From NCBI GenBank assembly GCA_951406725.2, contig OX597819.1:121830001-121894000 (forward strand): a stretch of DNA of 64,000 bases, read 5' to 3'. Each line of letters starts with the position of its first letter. Positions within the stretch are counted from its first letter, which is position 1. This document shows, in pieces, positions 26,693-41,453 of the stretch. The notes beneath the pieces are model-generated. The model did not search any database. It saw only the letters and a list, made by a program, of their open reading frames with translations, and was not told the DNA's origin. Position numbers and translations under genes: made by a program. Origin of the DNA: Octopus vulgaris (taxonomy: Eukaryota).

Positions 26693-29600
26693 GAGCATGG
26701 ACAATTGCTAGTGGTGATCCGCCGAGCAACATCATCACTGCCGCGCTAAACAACAATGGATTTCATAGAACCATTGACCAAATAGAGCGAATGAAAGGAG
26801 AATTTATCCGGTCTTACATGCTTGTAAGACCACACATCAAAACATTGGATAACATAATTGAAAAGTATTGTGGCAAGGCTGATGGGGATGAAGAGAACGA
26901 AAAGGAGAAGGAAGCCGGAAGTCTGTGTGATCCAGAAGTTCCTCAGGAAAATGGATCACCTACCTCGGTGACCGACCAGGTAGTGAAGGATAGGGCAGCC
27001 AAGCGAGCAGAAACCGGAAGCCCCCCTGTAGCAGTGGTCCAACAAAGAAATGAGAAATTAGAAAAACAGAAGAAAAAAGGAAGATGTTCTGCGCAACGCA
27101 GCAGCTGAGCAAGAGTCTTTTTTATGCATGGCACAAAGAATTGTCCAGTAGCTAACCTGGCTAAACCAAGCACAGAGAAGGAACCCTGCCCACCACTATG
27201 CAAGACCACCACAGTCAACAGACAATGGATGGCCTCCCCTAAAACCTGCACAGCCGTCACCCCAATACTTTCAATAATTATTGAGGGCCTATTGCATCAA
27301 AGTAGAAACAATATTCCTTTCCTGAGAGATCTTACTACTTGCAATCAAGCCCTATGCATAGCACTCGTGGAAACTCACCTCAGCCCTGATATAGAAGACG
27401 CAGATGTACACATACCAAACTATGCTATACTGCGAACAGACAGAAGGGAAAGGAGCCATGGTGGAGTTGCTGTATGCATTCGAGATGACCTGACACCCCA
27501 GGTCTTAATGACATACTTAAATTCGGTATGTGACGCTCTAATTGTATACATAAGACAACATAATATAATCATATGCAATACATATTGCCCACAGGGTGCC
27601 CCAAATCACATAGGCAAGTTTGAAGATTGCCTCACAAGAATTAAAGAAATCCTCATGAATCTGGAACACCACGTGACCATATTTCTTATGGGTGATTTCA
27701 ACTTCCCCAACGTCAAATGGCCTGAAGGTCTCATACTCTCAGGAATGAATCATTGCAAGCAAGTACAGGTGGAGTCCCTGCTCAACGTCACCAACGCCTT
27801 ATTCATGGAGCAAGTTGTACTCAAATCAACTAGGGCGAATAACATTCTGGATCTCTGCTTCACGAACAATATGGACATCATTCATGATGTGAAGGTGACA
27901 CCGACATTAGTTTCGGATCACAACATAATAGAGTTGTCTATGTTTGGGCCAAAAGTAACCAGAGACATACAGCCTAAAGGAAGCACCCAAAATCTCCGGA
28001 CTGGCCGGAATGTCTCTCCACACCAGACATTGACGTGAAACTAGAATGTTTCATGTCTTCTGTGCAAGCCGTATGCCAGAATTATGTTCAAGATCACAAA
28101 GCCAACACAAATAGGAGCAAGATTCCAAGAGACAGGAAGATCCTCATGAGACGACGGACGAAGGTTGCAAATCGTCTCAACGAACTTCCCAAAAGTAGCG
28201 AAACGTCCCGCCTAAAAACAACACTGATGGAGATCGAAAAAAGGCTGCAACAATCCTACGTGAGGGAGAAAGCAGACAAAGAAGCCTAGGTTATAAAAAA
28301 CATTAAATCCGACCCAAAGGCCTTCTTTCATTACGCGAAAGAAACAGTCTCAGTGCACTACAAGATAGGACCCCTCCTCCAAAAGGATGGCTCCCTCACA
28401 GACAGTCCAACAAAGATCAGTGAGATGCTGAATGACTAGTTCAAAAGTGTTTTTACCACCTCGTTGGAACACAGACAAGTGAACGAAACAGTGGACTTCT
28501 TTGCCGCCTCACCTATAACCAGCGAGGCGGTTACAATAGAATGTATTGACATTGGCGAAAAAGATGTCCTACTAGCCATAGATGGAGTGGACACAAACAC
28601 AACTGCTGTCCAGATGGTTTTCCAGCAATCCTCCTTAAAGTTTGTAAGCATGCCCTGGCAAAACCCCTCAAGATTCTCTTCCAGAGCTTTGTTGCGAATG
28701 GCAAACTGCCAAGCAAGCTGAAGGAGGGAATAATATGCCCAATACATAAACGGGGAAGTAGAGCAGATGCCAAAAACTATAGGCCTATCTCTCTGACTTC
28801 ACACATCAGCAAAGTCATGGAAAGGATAGTCAGAAAGAAACTAATCGCATTCCTTGAGGAAAATAACTTGCTGAGTGATACCCAGCATGGTTTTCGACCA
28901 GGAGGGAGCTGCCTGACCCGGCTCTTACAAAATTATGACTGGATTTTGAGGCAGTTACTCAACAAATCAAATGTGGACGTAATCTACCTTGATTTTGCAA
29001 ACGTTTTTGACAAGGTGGATCATGCTATGATATGCCACAAACTGCGTGACCTCGGCATAGATGGAAAACTTGGAGTTTGGTTACATGACTTCCTGAAAGA
29101 TTGGAGTCAGGCAGTAGTGGTTAATGGAGCCACCTCTATGAACACACAAATATTGAGCAGTGTTCCACAGGGCACTGTCTTGGTACGACTGCTTTTTATA
29201 GTGGCCCTCTCAGATATGCCCTCAAATGCCCGGATGGCCACTCTGGCAAGCTATACAGATGATACGAAAGTCTCGCAGAAAATACAGAACCCCAGCGATG
29301 TTGCAAAACTGCAGCAGGAGGTGGACTCGATCTACAGATGGGCTGAGGATAATAATATGCAGTTTAATGCTGAAAAATTCCAGGCCCTGCGCTACCAGCA
29401 TCCAAAACTGAATATTAAACTTACAGGATACACCGGTCCACAGGGAATTTCAATCCCAGAGCCTAAGTCTGTGAGGGACCTAGGAATCGACCTGAGAGAT
29501 GATATCTCTTTCCAAGTGCACATTACCAGGATGACGACAAAGTGCAGAAGACTGGCTGGATAGAACCTAAGAACATTCAGAACCAGAGATGAGGAAACAA

Positions 29601-30230
29601 TGATGGCCCTCTGGCGGACATTCGTCCTCAGCCGCCTGGATTACTGCTCACAGCTATGATCACCCACCAGCTTAAAATTACAGCTGTCCTTGAAGCAATC
29701 CAGAGACGATTCACAAAGAAGATTGTCTCTTTGGAACAGCTCAGCTACTGGGAAAGCTTGAATCAGCTAAGACTCTACTCCCTGGAGAGAAAACGGGAGA
29801 GGTGTGCAGTAATATACGTCTGGAAGATCCTGGAAGGTATTGTGCCAAATTTTGGCATTGTAAGCTACACCAATACTAGAATGGGACGACACTGCATACT
29901 GCCAAAGATCCCAGCAATGCCATCACGCTTCAGGACCAGCTTCTGCAACAGCCTGGGTTTCAAGGGCCCACAGCTTTTTAATATTCTGCCAAAGAGTCTG
30001 AGGAACTTGCACAAAGTAGATGTATCGGTCTTTAAATCAAAGCTGGACATCTTCCTGTCGAGAGTCCCAGATAACCCTACCTCACGGCAAGAGGTGCAAA
30101 TGAGAGTAGCTATGTCAAACTCCATTCTTTACCAAGTGCCACATATTAGAGGGGGTTCTTCGTAATAACAGTGTAGCACAAAACGGCGGTGCATCAGCAT
30201 GGCCGCAGCTCTGAGCTGAAACAAGCAACA
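26693..30230 (+). mobile_element. CR1/L2-group LINE (ORF1, APE endonuclease, RT), degenerate, antisense in intron 1 of copy 2
   Basis: APE motifs LVETH, GGVA, MGDFN, ILDL, SDHN. RT motifs YRPISLTS, QHGFR, YLDF, VPQG, YTDD, RDLG. Stops, frameshifts and internal deletions. Confidence 0.9.
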
Positions 30231-30249
30231 TATATATATATATATATAA

Positions 30250-30351
<102 letters not shown>

Positions 30352-30577
30352 GTATTTATATATATGTATATATTTACAGGGAGAGAGAGAGAGAGAGAGA
30401 GATCGTTAGCTACTACACACATTTATTTCTCTCTATGTTTTTTTCTATGTCCCTTTCTGAATAAGAGCGTAGGCTCGAAACGTAAAACACTTTTTCTTTT
30501 CCTGAGTGTTATACTAATACATCTGTTTGTTTGTACATGACCAGTCTTCGTCTTTTGTTTTTTTCGTAAACTCTCGT

Positions 30578-30664
<87 letters not shown>

Positions 30665-30929
30665 GATAGTGCTCATGGGAACTGCTCATATTCTACGCAA
30701 AATACTTGTTATGTAATCTCAAGTTTTAAAACAAACAACTTTCGTATGGTTTTTAGGCATTCACTAGTACAACACTAAGTACAAAACCAAAAATACGGAA
30801 CCCTAGGCATAACACCACCACGAACTTCCAACATGTTGTCTGTTGAGGTCTCTGGGTAGGAATTAGAGCCTGCTTGTGCAAATGTAAAGCAAAAGTCAAA
30901 CATATAATAATAATAATAATAATAATAAT

Positions 30930-31024
<95 letters not shown>

Positions 31025-31082
31025 TGATGATAATAATAATAATAATCATAATAATAATAATAATAATAATAATTATAACTTG

Positions 31083-31217
<135 letters not shown>

Positions 31218-31462
31218 TAAGATAGTGCTCATGGGAACTGCACATATCCTACGCAAAATTCTTGTTATGTAATCTTAAGTTTTAAAACAAACAACTTTCG
31301 TATGGTTTTTTTAGGCATTCACTAGTACAACACAAAGTACAAAACCAAATATATGGAACCCTAGGCATAACACCAACACGAACTTCCAACTTGTTGTCTC
31401 TTGAGGTCTCTGGGTAAGAATTGGAGCCAGCTTGTGCAAATGTAAAGCAAAAGTCAAACATA

Positions 31463-31570
<108 letters not shown>

Positions 31571-31572
31571 TG

Positions 31573-31665
<93 letters not shown>

Positions 31666-31919
31666 TATAAATGCGCCCTTTTAAAGCCTAGCAAGACTCA
31701 TGGGCCTGGTTTCCCGGTTTCTCTGGCGTATGTGTTCCCCAGCTTGATGGGACGCCAGTCCATCGCAGCGTTACTCATTTTTGCCAGCTTAGTGGACTGG
31801 AGCAACGTGAAATGAAGTGTTTTGCTCAAGAACAGAACGCGACGCCCGGTCCAGGAATCGAAACCACAATCTTACGATCATGATGCTGACACCCTGAACA
31901 CTAAGCCATGCGCTTCCAT

Positions 31920-32007
<88 letters not shown>

Positions 32008-32206
32008 TATAATAATAATAACCCTTTCTAATATAGGCACAAAGCCTGGAATTTTGGGGGAAGGGTCCAGTCGATAGGACTGATCCTAGTACACAACTGG
32101 TACTTACTTTCTCGACCCCGAAAGGATGAAAGGCATAGTCGACCTCGGCGGAATTTGAACTCAGAATGGATGAAATTCCACTTCGCATTTTGCCCGGCGT
32201 GCTGAC

Positions 32207-33397
32207 AGGATCTAGGATGCATCACCCAAAATCTAACATACAAAGGCTTATATACAACGTATAGAAGGTGGTAGAGGCCTTATACAATTGGAAAACCACT
32301 ATAAAATAGCCACCATAGGACTGCAAAAATATCTACTTCAGAAGGAAGGAAAACTGATACAAATAGCGGCAAAACACGAGCAAAACAAAAAACAGTTTTC
32401 AGTATTTAAGGAAGGTGACAAATACAAACAAGATATCATACCACCTAACAAATATGAAAAAGAAGAAGAAGATGAAGAAACAACAAAAGCTATAAAACAA
32501 ATGAAATCCAAACTTAAAGTAGAACAGCAACGAACCATGATAAAATGAATGGCAAGAAAAGCCCCTTCATGGCAAATACTGGACTAAACTAAATGCAAAA
32601 GAAATAGACAAAGAAAAGTCCCAGCAAATGTTGAGAAGCTCAGAACTCAAAGCAGAGACAGAGGGATTTTTAATTGCAACACAAGACCAAAGCCTCCCCA
32701 ACAGAAATTACAAAAAACATATAATGAAAAGAAATAAAACAAGTAACTGCAGAATGTGTGGAGATGGGCAAGAAACAATAAATCATATTATCTTTGGCTG
32801 CCCAGTCCTGGCTAAGAAGGAATATATAATCACAGACACGACAGAGTTGGGACCTATATACACTGGAAGCTATGCCAACATTATGGAATAACAACAGAAA
32901 AAATATGGTATAGGCACACACAAGAAAAGGTCACAGAAAACGAGAAAGCAACCATACTCTGGGATATGCCAATACACACAGATAGAGAAATTAAGGCCAA
33001 CAGACCAGATATAGTTGTCAGAGATCATGAAGAAGAAAATGCTTTCTAATTGTTGTGTCAATACCAGCAGATGACAACGTATCTCTAAAAGAAATGGAGA
33101 AACTTTCAAAATACAAAGACCTGGAAATAGAGGTAACCTGAATGTGGAATCTAAAACAGAAACAATAACTATCATAACAGGTGCTTTAGGCATGATAAAA
33201 AATATAGCAAAAACACCAGGACTTACAAACACATATATATACAGAAAATTGCACTACAAAGCACCGCACACATCCTACGCAGAACACTTTCAATACAGTA
33301 ACCATCAGCGCACCACAAATCACAGCACATACCCAAGGCACACGGAGCTGCGCTCGGTAGTGAAGTGAAAGCATGCTATAAAAATATAATTACTGAG
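32207..33397 (+). mobile_element. R4/Dong-like LINE 3' part (unit 2)
   Basis: Paralogue of 13304-14465; ORF pieces 32288..32548 and 32628..32891. Confidence 0.85.
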
Positions 33398-33446
33398 TTA
33401 TAATAATAATAGCAATAATGATAAATATATAGATAAAGAAACTTAC

Positions 33447-33723
33447 CGAATCTTCCTCCATAAACTGGTTTGTCGCAGTCATCATATTGGCTGTTCCGCC
33501 ACACACAGACTTGTTGAGATTGAGAAAACACAGTTTGGTTACCACATGCCAACGGTATGGGAAACATAGCATTACATAAGTAGAATTCACTGCAGTTACT
33601 TGGGGATCGGACAAAATGTGATCCGGCTCTAACTTGTGTCTGCTGACACAGAGTCATGATACTCTGACTGTAGACTGTTGACACTGCGATCAAGAGAATG
33701 GCGGCCACAAAACGGAACTCCAT
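33447..33723 (-). CDS. Secreted chitin-binding protein copy 2, exon 1
   Basis: 277 nt, signal peptide, six Cys, donor G|gtaagt. Confidence 0.92.
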
Positions 33724-33842
33724 TGTTGTAATTTTATCAATTATAGAATCGAACGAGAGTTAAGACGAATGGCTTGCAAAAACGCTATCACAACAGACTA
33801 GTAACCTCTGTAAATGTGTCTCAGATCCCTAAGAGTGAGCTT

Positions 33843-33851
33843 CTTATATAG
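33843..33851 (-). promoter_or_regulatory. TATA box of copy 2
   Basis: CTATATAAG at the same spacing as copy 1. Confidence 0.7.
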
Positions 33852-34186
33852 GCCTTAAATAGGGTTAGGGTGAGGTTTTGAATAAGAATTAGGTAGTAAT
33901 TCTGGTTCTTTTTTTGAAATTGATCTAATATTTGGTCTTACTTCTTCATGCTAACAAGCCTCCGCCCAACGACCGTATTAGATAACTAGTTTATCTGTGT
34001 TGTCATTGTTATAGTTGTTGACGTTGTTGTTGTTCTCCTCCCCCTTCTGCTCCGCTTTCTCCCCACCTGCAGATTAGTTATCAGTTATGTCAATGGTGAT
34101 GAAGGAGATGGCCTTAGCGTTTTATTGATAGTTATTATTCTCTTACAATTGACACTACATACATACATATATGCATATGTATATAA

Positions 34187-34270
<84 letters not shown>

Positions 34271-34566
34271 TTGTGTCTGTGTGTGTGTGTGTGTGTGAGT
34301 GTGTGTGTGTGAGTGTGTGTATGTATATATAAATATATATATATATATAATTATATAAATATAAATGTATATATATACATATATATATTACTATATATAT
34401 ATATGCCTGTAAGTATTTATATACATATCTGCTTATATATATGCATGTAAATATTTATATATATGTATATATATAAATATATGTATATAAATAAATAAAT
34501 CTATGTAAATATATACACATATACATAGATATGTATATACACACATGCACACACACAGACGCACAC

Positions 34567-34648
<82 letters not shown>

Positions 34649-35037
34649 GTATAAAATAGACTTTAATTGAAATACAGTTTCCCCGAAATTAAACATATCT
34701 AATGTAATAAATGTGAATGTCAGTGTGTCACGCTTTTTCAGCTTTAATAAATCTTTTCTACTGCAAGAACATGGACTCATATTTTTCGGAAAGGGATTAA
34801 GTTTATTCCATCAACCCCAGTGCGTAACTGGTACTTTAATCGACCCCTAAAGGATGAACGGCAAAGATGACCTCGGTGGATTTCGAACGCAAAACCTAAC
34901 GGCAGCCCGCTGGCTAAGCGAGCAGGCCAACAGCAGAAAGAGTGGGAGAAAGAGTGGTGAAAGAGTACAGCAAGGACCACCGCCCTCTGCCGGAGCCTCG
35001 TGGAGTCCGCTACCCTAACCACTAGGCCATTGCGCCT

Positions 35038-35142
<105 letters not shown>

Positions 35143-35144
35143 TT

Positions 35145-38100
35145 TCCAACATTCCAACAACCGGTTAAACAACCATGCACAAGAAACCCACACCACTCGC
35201 AATGATTACCAACGAAGGCCTCCTAGAACACCACACCCGAATATGGGATATCGGGACGCTTTTGTCAATACTGTTCCAAGAACACACACCATAAATCACA
35301 ACAGGAGACCCCACATCAACAAAGAACAACTATATAATAGCTACCGTCCCAACCACCGCATTCATTTTTTAGACCCAATACGCAAACACAGAGACACAAG
35401 ATAGCACCAAACAAGCAGGAGGAACCAAAAGTGATAAAAATTATCAATCTAATTCACAAGGAACTAACAGCAAACCAAATAAACATACTTTCCAAAGGAC
35501 TCAAGTTTACACCCACCCCACAACACCCCAACTACAATGAAATGAAAGAAGACATCGCAGAATTCTGCAGAAAATTAAGACTTACTGAAGAGCTATACGA
35601 CAAATACAACGAGGACGAATCGTTAGTCAGAAATAGGAGTAACTACACCCCTCTAAAGGTAAGAACAAAACACTTGATGATTTCTGTGACCACATATCAA
35701 ATTACCCATATCAACATATGCACAAACAAAAACACAAACCAAACTTCAGCAAAAAAGAATGGGCTGAGTTGAACAAATTAAAACAAGATGAAACAATAAC
35801 AATCGAAGAGGCCGATAAAGGGAGTGCTGTTGTCTTAATGGATACGACATTTTACATAACTTTGGTACTATCTATGCTGGAAGACACAACATACTATGAA
35901 AAGGCACAAAACTACAGTCAACAAAAAATAATGAGGGAACTAAAATCCATGTTAAACCCATACAAAGAAGGGCTCACCGACAAAGAATATGATTATATGA
36001 CCAATTTCACAAGTAAAACCAGCCAATTCTACGGTATACCTAAGATACACAAAAGTGAGAAAATAAGTAACGCATGCAAGATAGCTACAGACAAAATAAT
36101 TAAAGTCCCTAATCCTAATGACCTCAAATTGAGACCCATAATAGCAGGTCCCGCATGCGAAACCCACCGCCTCAGTAACTTTTTAGACACCCTGTTAAAA
36201 CCACTCCTCAAACATGTCAAAAGCTATATAAGGGACGACTTGGATATGCTCAATCACCTACCGAATACTATAAACAAAAACACCATACTGGTATCCTTCG
36301 ATGTAGTCAACCTCTAATCCAATATCCCCCACAACCTAGGACTAGAGGCAATCCAATTCTGGCTAGAGAATCACGCCAACGAACTCCCACATCGGATCAA
36401 AAAAGAATTCGTGATAGAAGGGGTTAAATTCATCCTGGAAAATAACTTCTTCGCCTTCAAAGACAACTTCTACCGGCAAAAATCGGGGACTGCGATGGGT
36501 ACACGAATAGCCCCCTTCTTTGCCAACCTAGTCATAGGATATCTAGAGATCAGTCTGTATCGTAATGTTCTAGAAAGATATGGCAGCCCTTTCTCCATCT
36601 ACATAAAAAAACAACTGGAAGAGATATCTAGATGACTGTTTCATTCTTTGGCATAAAAATATAGAAAAACTCAAAGAATTTCAAGAAATTTTAAACGGAC
36701 TGGACGTAAACATCCAATTCACGATGGAATATAGCCAGCAACAACTCCCCTTCCTCGATATCCTCATTAAGAAAGCTAATAATGTAATAGAAACAGACAT
36801 ATATTATAAGCCTACAGATTCTAAGCAATATCTTCCATTCAATTCATGCCACCCCAGACACACCAGGATGAATATCCCCTTCAATCTAGCAAAAAGGATA
36901 TGCACTATAGTTTCTAATGCAAACACCAGAGACACACGACTACAAGAACTAAAAGATACCCTTATCACCAGGAACTACCCACCTTCACTTATTGACATGT
37001 GCATTCAACGTGCCCTTCAACTGAACATCAAGGAACTGAGACATCCTAAATGAAAGAAAAACTTACGACCAAAAGCCTTACCATACATCTCCACACACAA
37101 CCCTCTCAATAATGAAGCCTTCGGCACCATCCTCCACAACATACCCCTCCTAAAAAAAGACCACAGAATGAACACAATCCTCCAAACACACACGATCATA
37201 AAAAGCAAGAGACAGCCTAAATCTATGAAAAGTCTCATAACACAAGCCCGAATACACTCTTCAACACAGAAGCCGACAGTAAAAAAATGTGGAAGATCCA
37301 ATTACGGGATATGCGATTATCTAATTGAGGGATCAGAGTTCTCCTTCAAACAGGGACAACGGTTTACAGTGAAAAGCAACTTCACATGTGCTTCGGAGAA
37401 CCTGATATACACACTAACCTGCTCTGGGTGTCAAGAGCAGTACTTAGGCCAAACAAAAAATAGTTTGCGTAAAAGAATGGCCCTGCACAGATCCCAGATA
37501 AAAATTCCCAAAAACAGAAAAATAGCTTTCAGCCAACACATAGATACTTGCGCCAACAACAAAACACCAGGCTTCAGGATTTTCCCCCTCTACCAATTTA
37601 GGGACGATACAACCTCGAGACAACGAATAAGTAAAGAAACTCTCTTTATTACAAAATACAGGCCACTTCTTAACGGGTCTACGACAAACGATTAATATAC
37701 CTCAACTTTAGAATAACAGAAATATACACACACAAATATTACATTCCAAAGAATCCATTACAAATCAGCCCCAATCACAGCTATAATCCATAACGTGCCA
37801 ACTTCAAGTCATACAACACCTCACTACTTTCACTCATTCATATTCTCCCTTCTCGTTTTTCTTCTCCTTCCTCTTCTTCATCATCATCATCATTATCATC
37901 ATCATCGTCGTCATCATCATCACCATCATCATCATCTTCTTCTTCTCCTTCTCCTTCTTCTTCTTCTTCTTCTTCTTCTTCTTCTTCTTCTTCTTCTTCT
38001 TCTTCTCCTTCTTCTTCTTCTTCATCATCATCATCGTCATCAACATCGTCATCTTCTTCTTCATCATCTTCTTCTTCTTCTTCTTCTTCTTCTTCTTCTT

Positions 38101-38585
38101 CTTCTTCTTCTTCTTCTGCTCCACCTTCTACCTCTTAACTTTATCACTAATGCTTTTTGGTATAACACCTACGCAAATTCCATAAACAAACCTTTCAATA
38201 GAAATATTCTCCTGAATTGAACTGCAACTGCTAGCCGCCACTGACCATTCAAAATACGACCATCAAGGCACTCCCAAATATTTCCACCCCCTCTCCTCAT
38301 CAGCCTCCTTCTTCTTCTACCCTACCAAGAATTCACAACACACAAGTGCAAAAAAGGGAGACAAAGAAAGGCAGAATGCAACTTATATTTGAACACGAAA
38401 CAAATATTCCTTTAAAAAAACTTTTCTTTTAATTTTTCTAAATTTAATTATTTAATCGTTACAGTTGAAAAGGTCTCAAAATGACCGAAACCGGTACTGA
38501 AATGTTCTTTATAAAATTATTTTAGCATTTTCTATTTTGACTTGTTTTTTCATAATTATCAACTCGTGTGTTCCTTTTTACCCTT

Positions 38586-38590
<5 letters not shown>
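35145..38590 (+). mobile_element. Penelope-like family A, unit 3 copy (more disrupted); hammerhead motif at 38461-38500
   Basis: Near-identical to 782-4119, with additional frameshifts and stops. Confidence 0.92.
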
Positions 38591-38626
<36 letters not shown>

Positions 38627-38946
38627 GCATGTATATGTATGTTGTTTTATTTAATTTACAATATATATACACACTAATTATGCAACTATTTAACTATATT
38701 TATAGAAACAAATAATACTTAGGCCTATAGTACCGTAGAAGTACTTATCTCAGGGCGTGTATATACATATATGCATATATATACGCATACATACATTTAT
38801 ACACATATGTGATATGTTGGAGTGTTAATGCATCAACCAAGCTTATCCTTCTTAACATGTGGTTCTTGTGAATATAGTGGCTCTTGGAGAAAGTTTGATT
38901 GTTTAGACACACATATATATAGATATAGTTCTATATCTAAAAGATT

Positions 38947-39212
38947 CCACGGGCATACGGGGTAGTTGTTAAGAGCTCGGGCTACTAACCCCAAGATTCC
39001 GAGTTCGATTCCAAGCAGGGACCTGAACAACAACAATAATAATAATAATAATAATAACAACATCATCGAAAGATACCATAGGAATGAGAACCCACGTTCA
39101 AAATTTCCCCAAGACACTTGATGAAGGATGGAGGGTATATCAGCCGAAACGTTGTGTTAACAAAAAACAAGATGAGGACAAATATCCGTGGAATGTAAAT
39201 AATGTAAATAAT
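38947..39212 (+). mobile_element. tRNA-headed SINE-like element with hammerhead motif (unit 3)
   Basis: Paralogue of 4612-4878; hammerhead at ~39113-39158. Confidence 0.65.
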
Positions 39213-39939
39213 ATATATAAATGTCTTTGTAATTTGTTTTTTAAAACTTAACTATTGAAGGACCCTTCTAATTTATCCTTCTCACTTAAATTATCGAAAT
39301 TGGAAAGTGAATACTTAATCATATTATTGTCTCACTTTGCTATTGAAAAAAAACAAACATGAACGACCAATTCACATAAATCTTTATTTATCTATTGTAT
39401 TTCGGGAGGGTCATTTTTTATTACTTGTTTTGGTAAATAAACACACGCACTATATATTCGTTCTTCACCTGTTTATTTCTGTTTTTATTCTAAGTCCATT
39501 GTCCGGAAATCATTCGTCACACGGCTTAGCCTATAAACGTTTACTTATCTATTTTTACCCCCAAATAAAATTTTTAAATGGTAGCGTCATTGTGTTACAG
39601 ATTATGTAAGAGAGGAAAGAATCGTTCAGTCTTTCTAACTCTAGAGATATTTCAAAGAAAACCGAGGTCAAAGAGTTAGAAATAAACCTCAGTGGTAACG
39701 AAATGGTATGTACAGGTCTGTGGATGGCTTCTTGACAGTAATGTGAATTAAAATTATTTCATTACCAGGTGTTCTTTTACTCGTTTCAGTCATTTGACTG
39801 CGGCCATGCTGGATCACCGCCTTTTTGTCGAAGAAATCGACCCCTGGACTTATTCCTTGTAAGCCTGGTGCTTATTCTATCGGTCTTTTCTGCCGAACCG
39901 CTAATGTTACGGGGGCCATAAACACATCAACATCGGTTG

Positions 39940-39999
<60 letters not shown>

Positions 40000-40546
40000 G
40001 AAGGGCTTCTTTCAGTTTCCGTCTACCAAATCCACTCACAAGGCTTTGTTTGGACCAAGGCTATAGTAGAAGACACTTGCCCAAGGTGCCACGCAGTGGG
40101 GCTGAACCCGGAAGTGAACCATGTGGTCGGTAAGCAAGCTTCTTATCACACAACCACGTCTGCGCCTAGTAGAACTGAAGGAAAATCCTTTTCTCCCAGA
40201 ATGCTATTTTTTCTCTATGATACAATAATGTAATAAAAGGATTTCATATATATTTTCGATTTAGCTGATTTCTGTTACTGCAGCCACGAGTTATTGAGTT
40301 TTTTCACAAAACAAAATCTAGAACTTTGAATGAATAGAATGAGATATCTTCTATCCATTTTCTCCGTAGGTGCAGGAGTGGCTGTGTGGTAAGTAGCTTG
40401 TTTATCAACCACATGGTTCCGGGTTCAGTCCCACTGCATGGCACCTTGGATTAGCGTCTTCTGCTGTAGACTCGGGCCGACGAAATCTTTATGAGTGAAT
40501 TTGGCAGACGGAAACTAAAAGGAGCCCGTCGTATATACATACATAT

Positions 40547-40684
<138 letters not shown>

Positions 40685-40962
40685 ATTAATAATAATACAT
40701 AAAAAGTGTGTTATTGTCTCGAAGATTTTTATGGTAGTTGTAAAGTCATTACCGTCTATTTCTAATTCAGTACGTGGCGAAGCAATTAGCTGAGCCCTGA
40801 TTATAATTAACTATATAATTATAGAATATTTTGTATAATTTACGTAAAAAGGTTTTTTAGCGTTCTGACTACTTGGTAAAATTATTAATTATTATTTAAT
40901 TAGTTAATCAATTTTACTCTCTCTCTTTCTCTCTCTCTCTCTAAATATATATATATATATAC

Positions 40963-41036
<74 letters not shown>

Positions 41037-41061
41037 TTAGAGACAAAACTACTATATATAT

Positions 41062-41453
41062 AGTAAAAAAGCAACAAGAATGGATCAAAATATCGGTACA
41101 ATTGTTTCGTACGAAAACATCTTTAATAAGGCTACAAAAATTGCAGTAAATATAGACGGCTCGTACTCATCAGTATTGTACTCACAGAATATGCGTTTGT
41201 CCATATATAGTATTTTTCGGCTAATGACTACGAGCCATCTATATTTACTGCAATTTTTGTAGCCTTATTAAAGATGTATTCGTACGAAACAATTGTACCG
41301 ATATTTTGATCCATTCTTGTTGCTTTTCTCCTATTTGTAATCACCCCACTTTATCGTATGGTTAACACTATATAGATTTCTGGCGTTTCCTAGTCAAGTA
41401 CTATATTCATGTGAATTCAATAGAACTCTTTTGAATCTTAATTGCTTAAACCG
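41062..41453. mobile_element. Internally deleted copy of the inverted hammerhead element
   Basis: Deletion junction TCATCAG|TATTGTAC at ~41172 removes the stem I strand; the other arm has CTAATGA. Confidence 0.7.
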
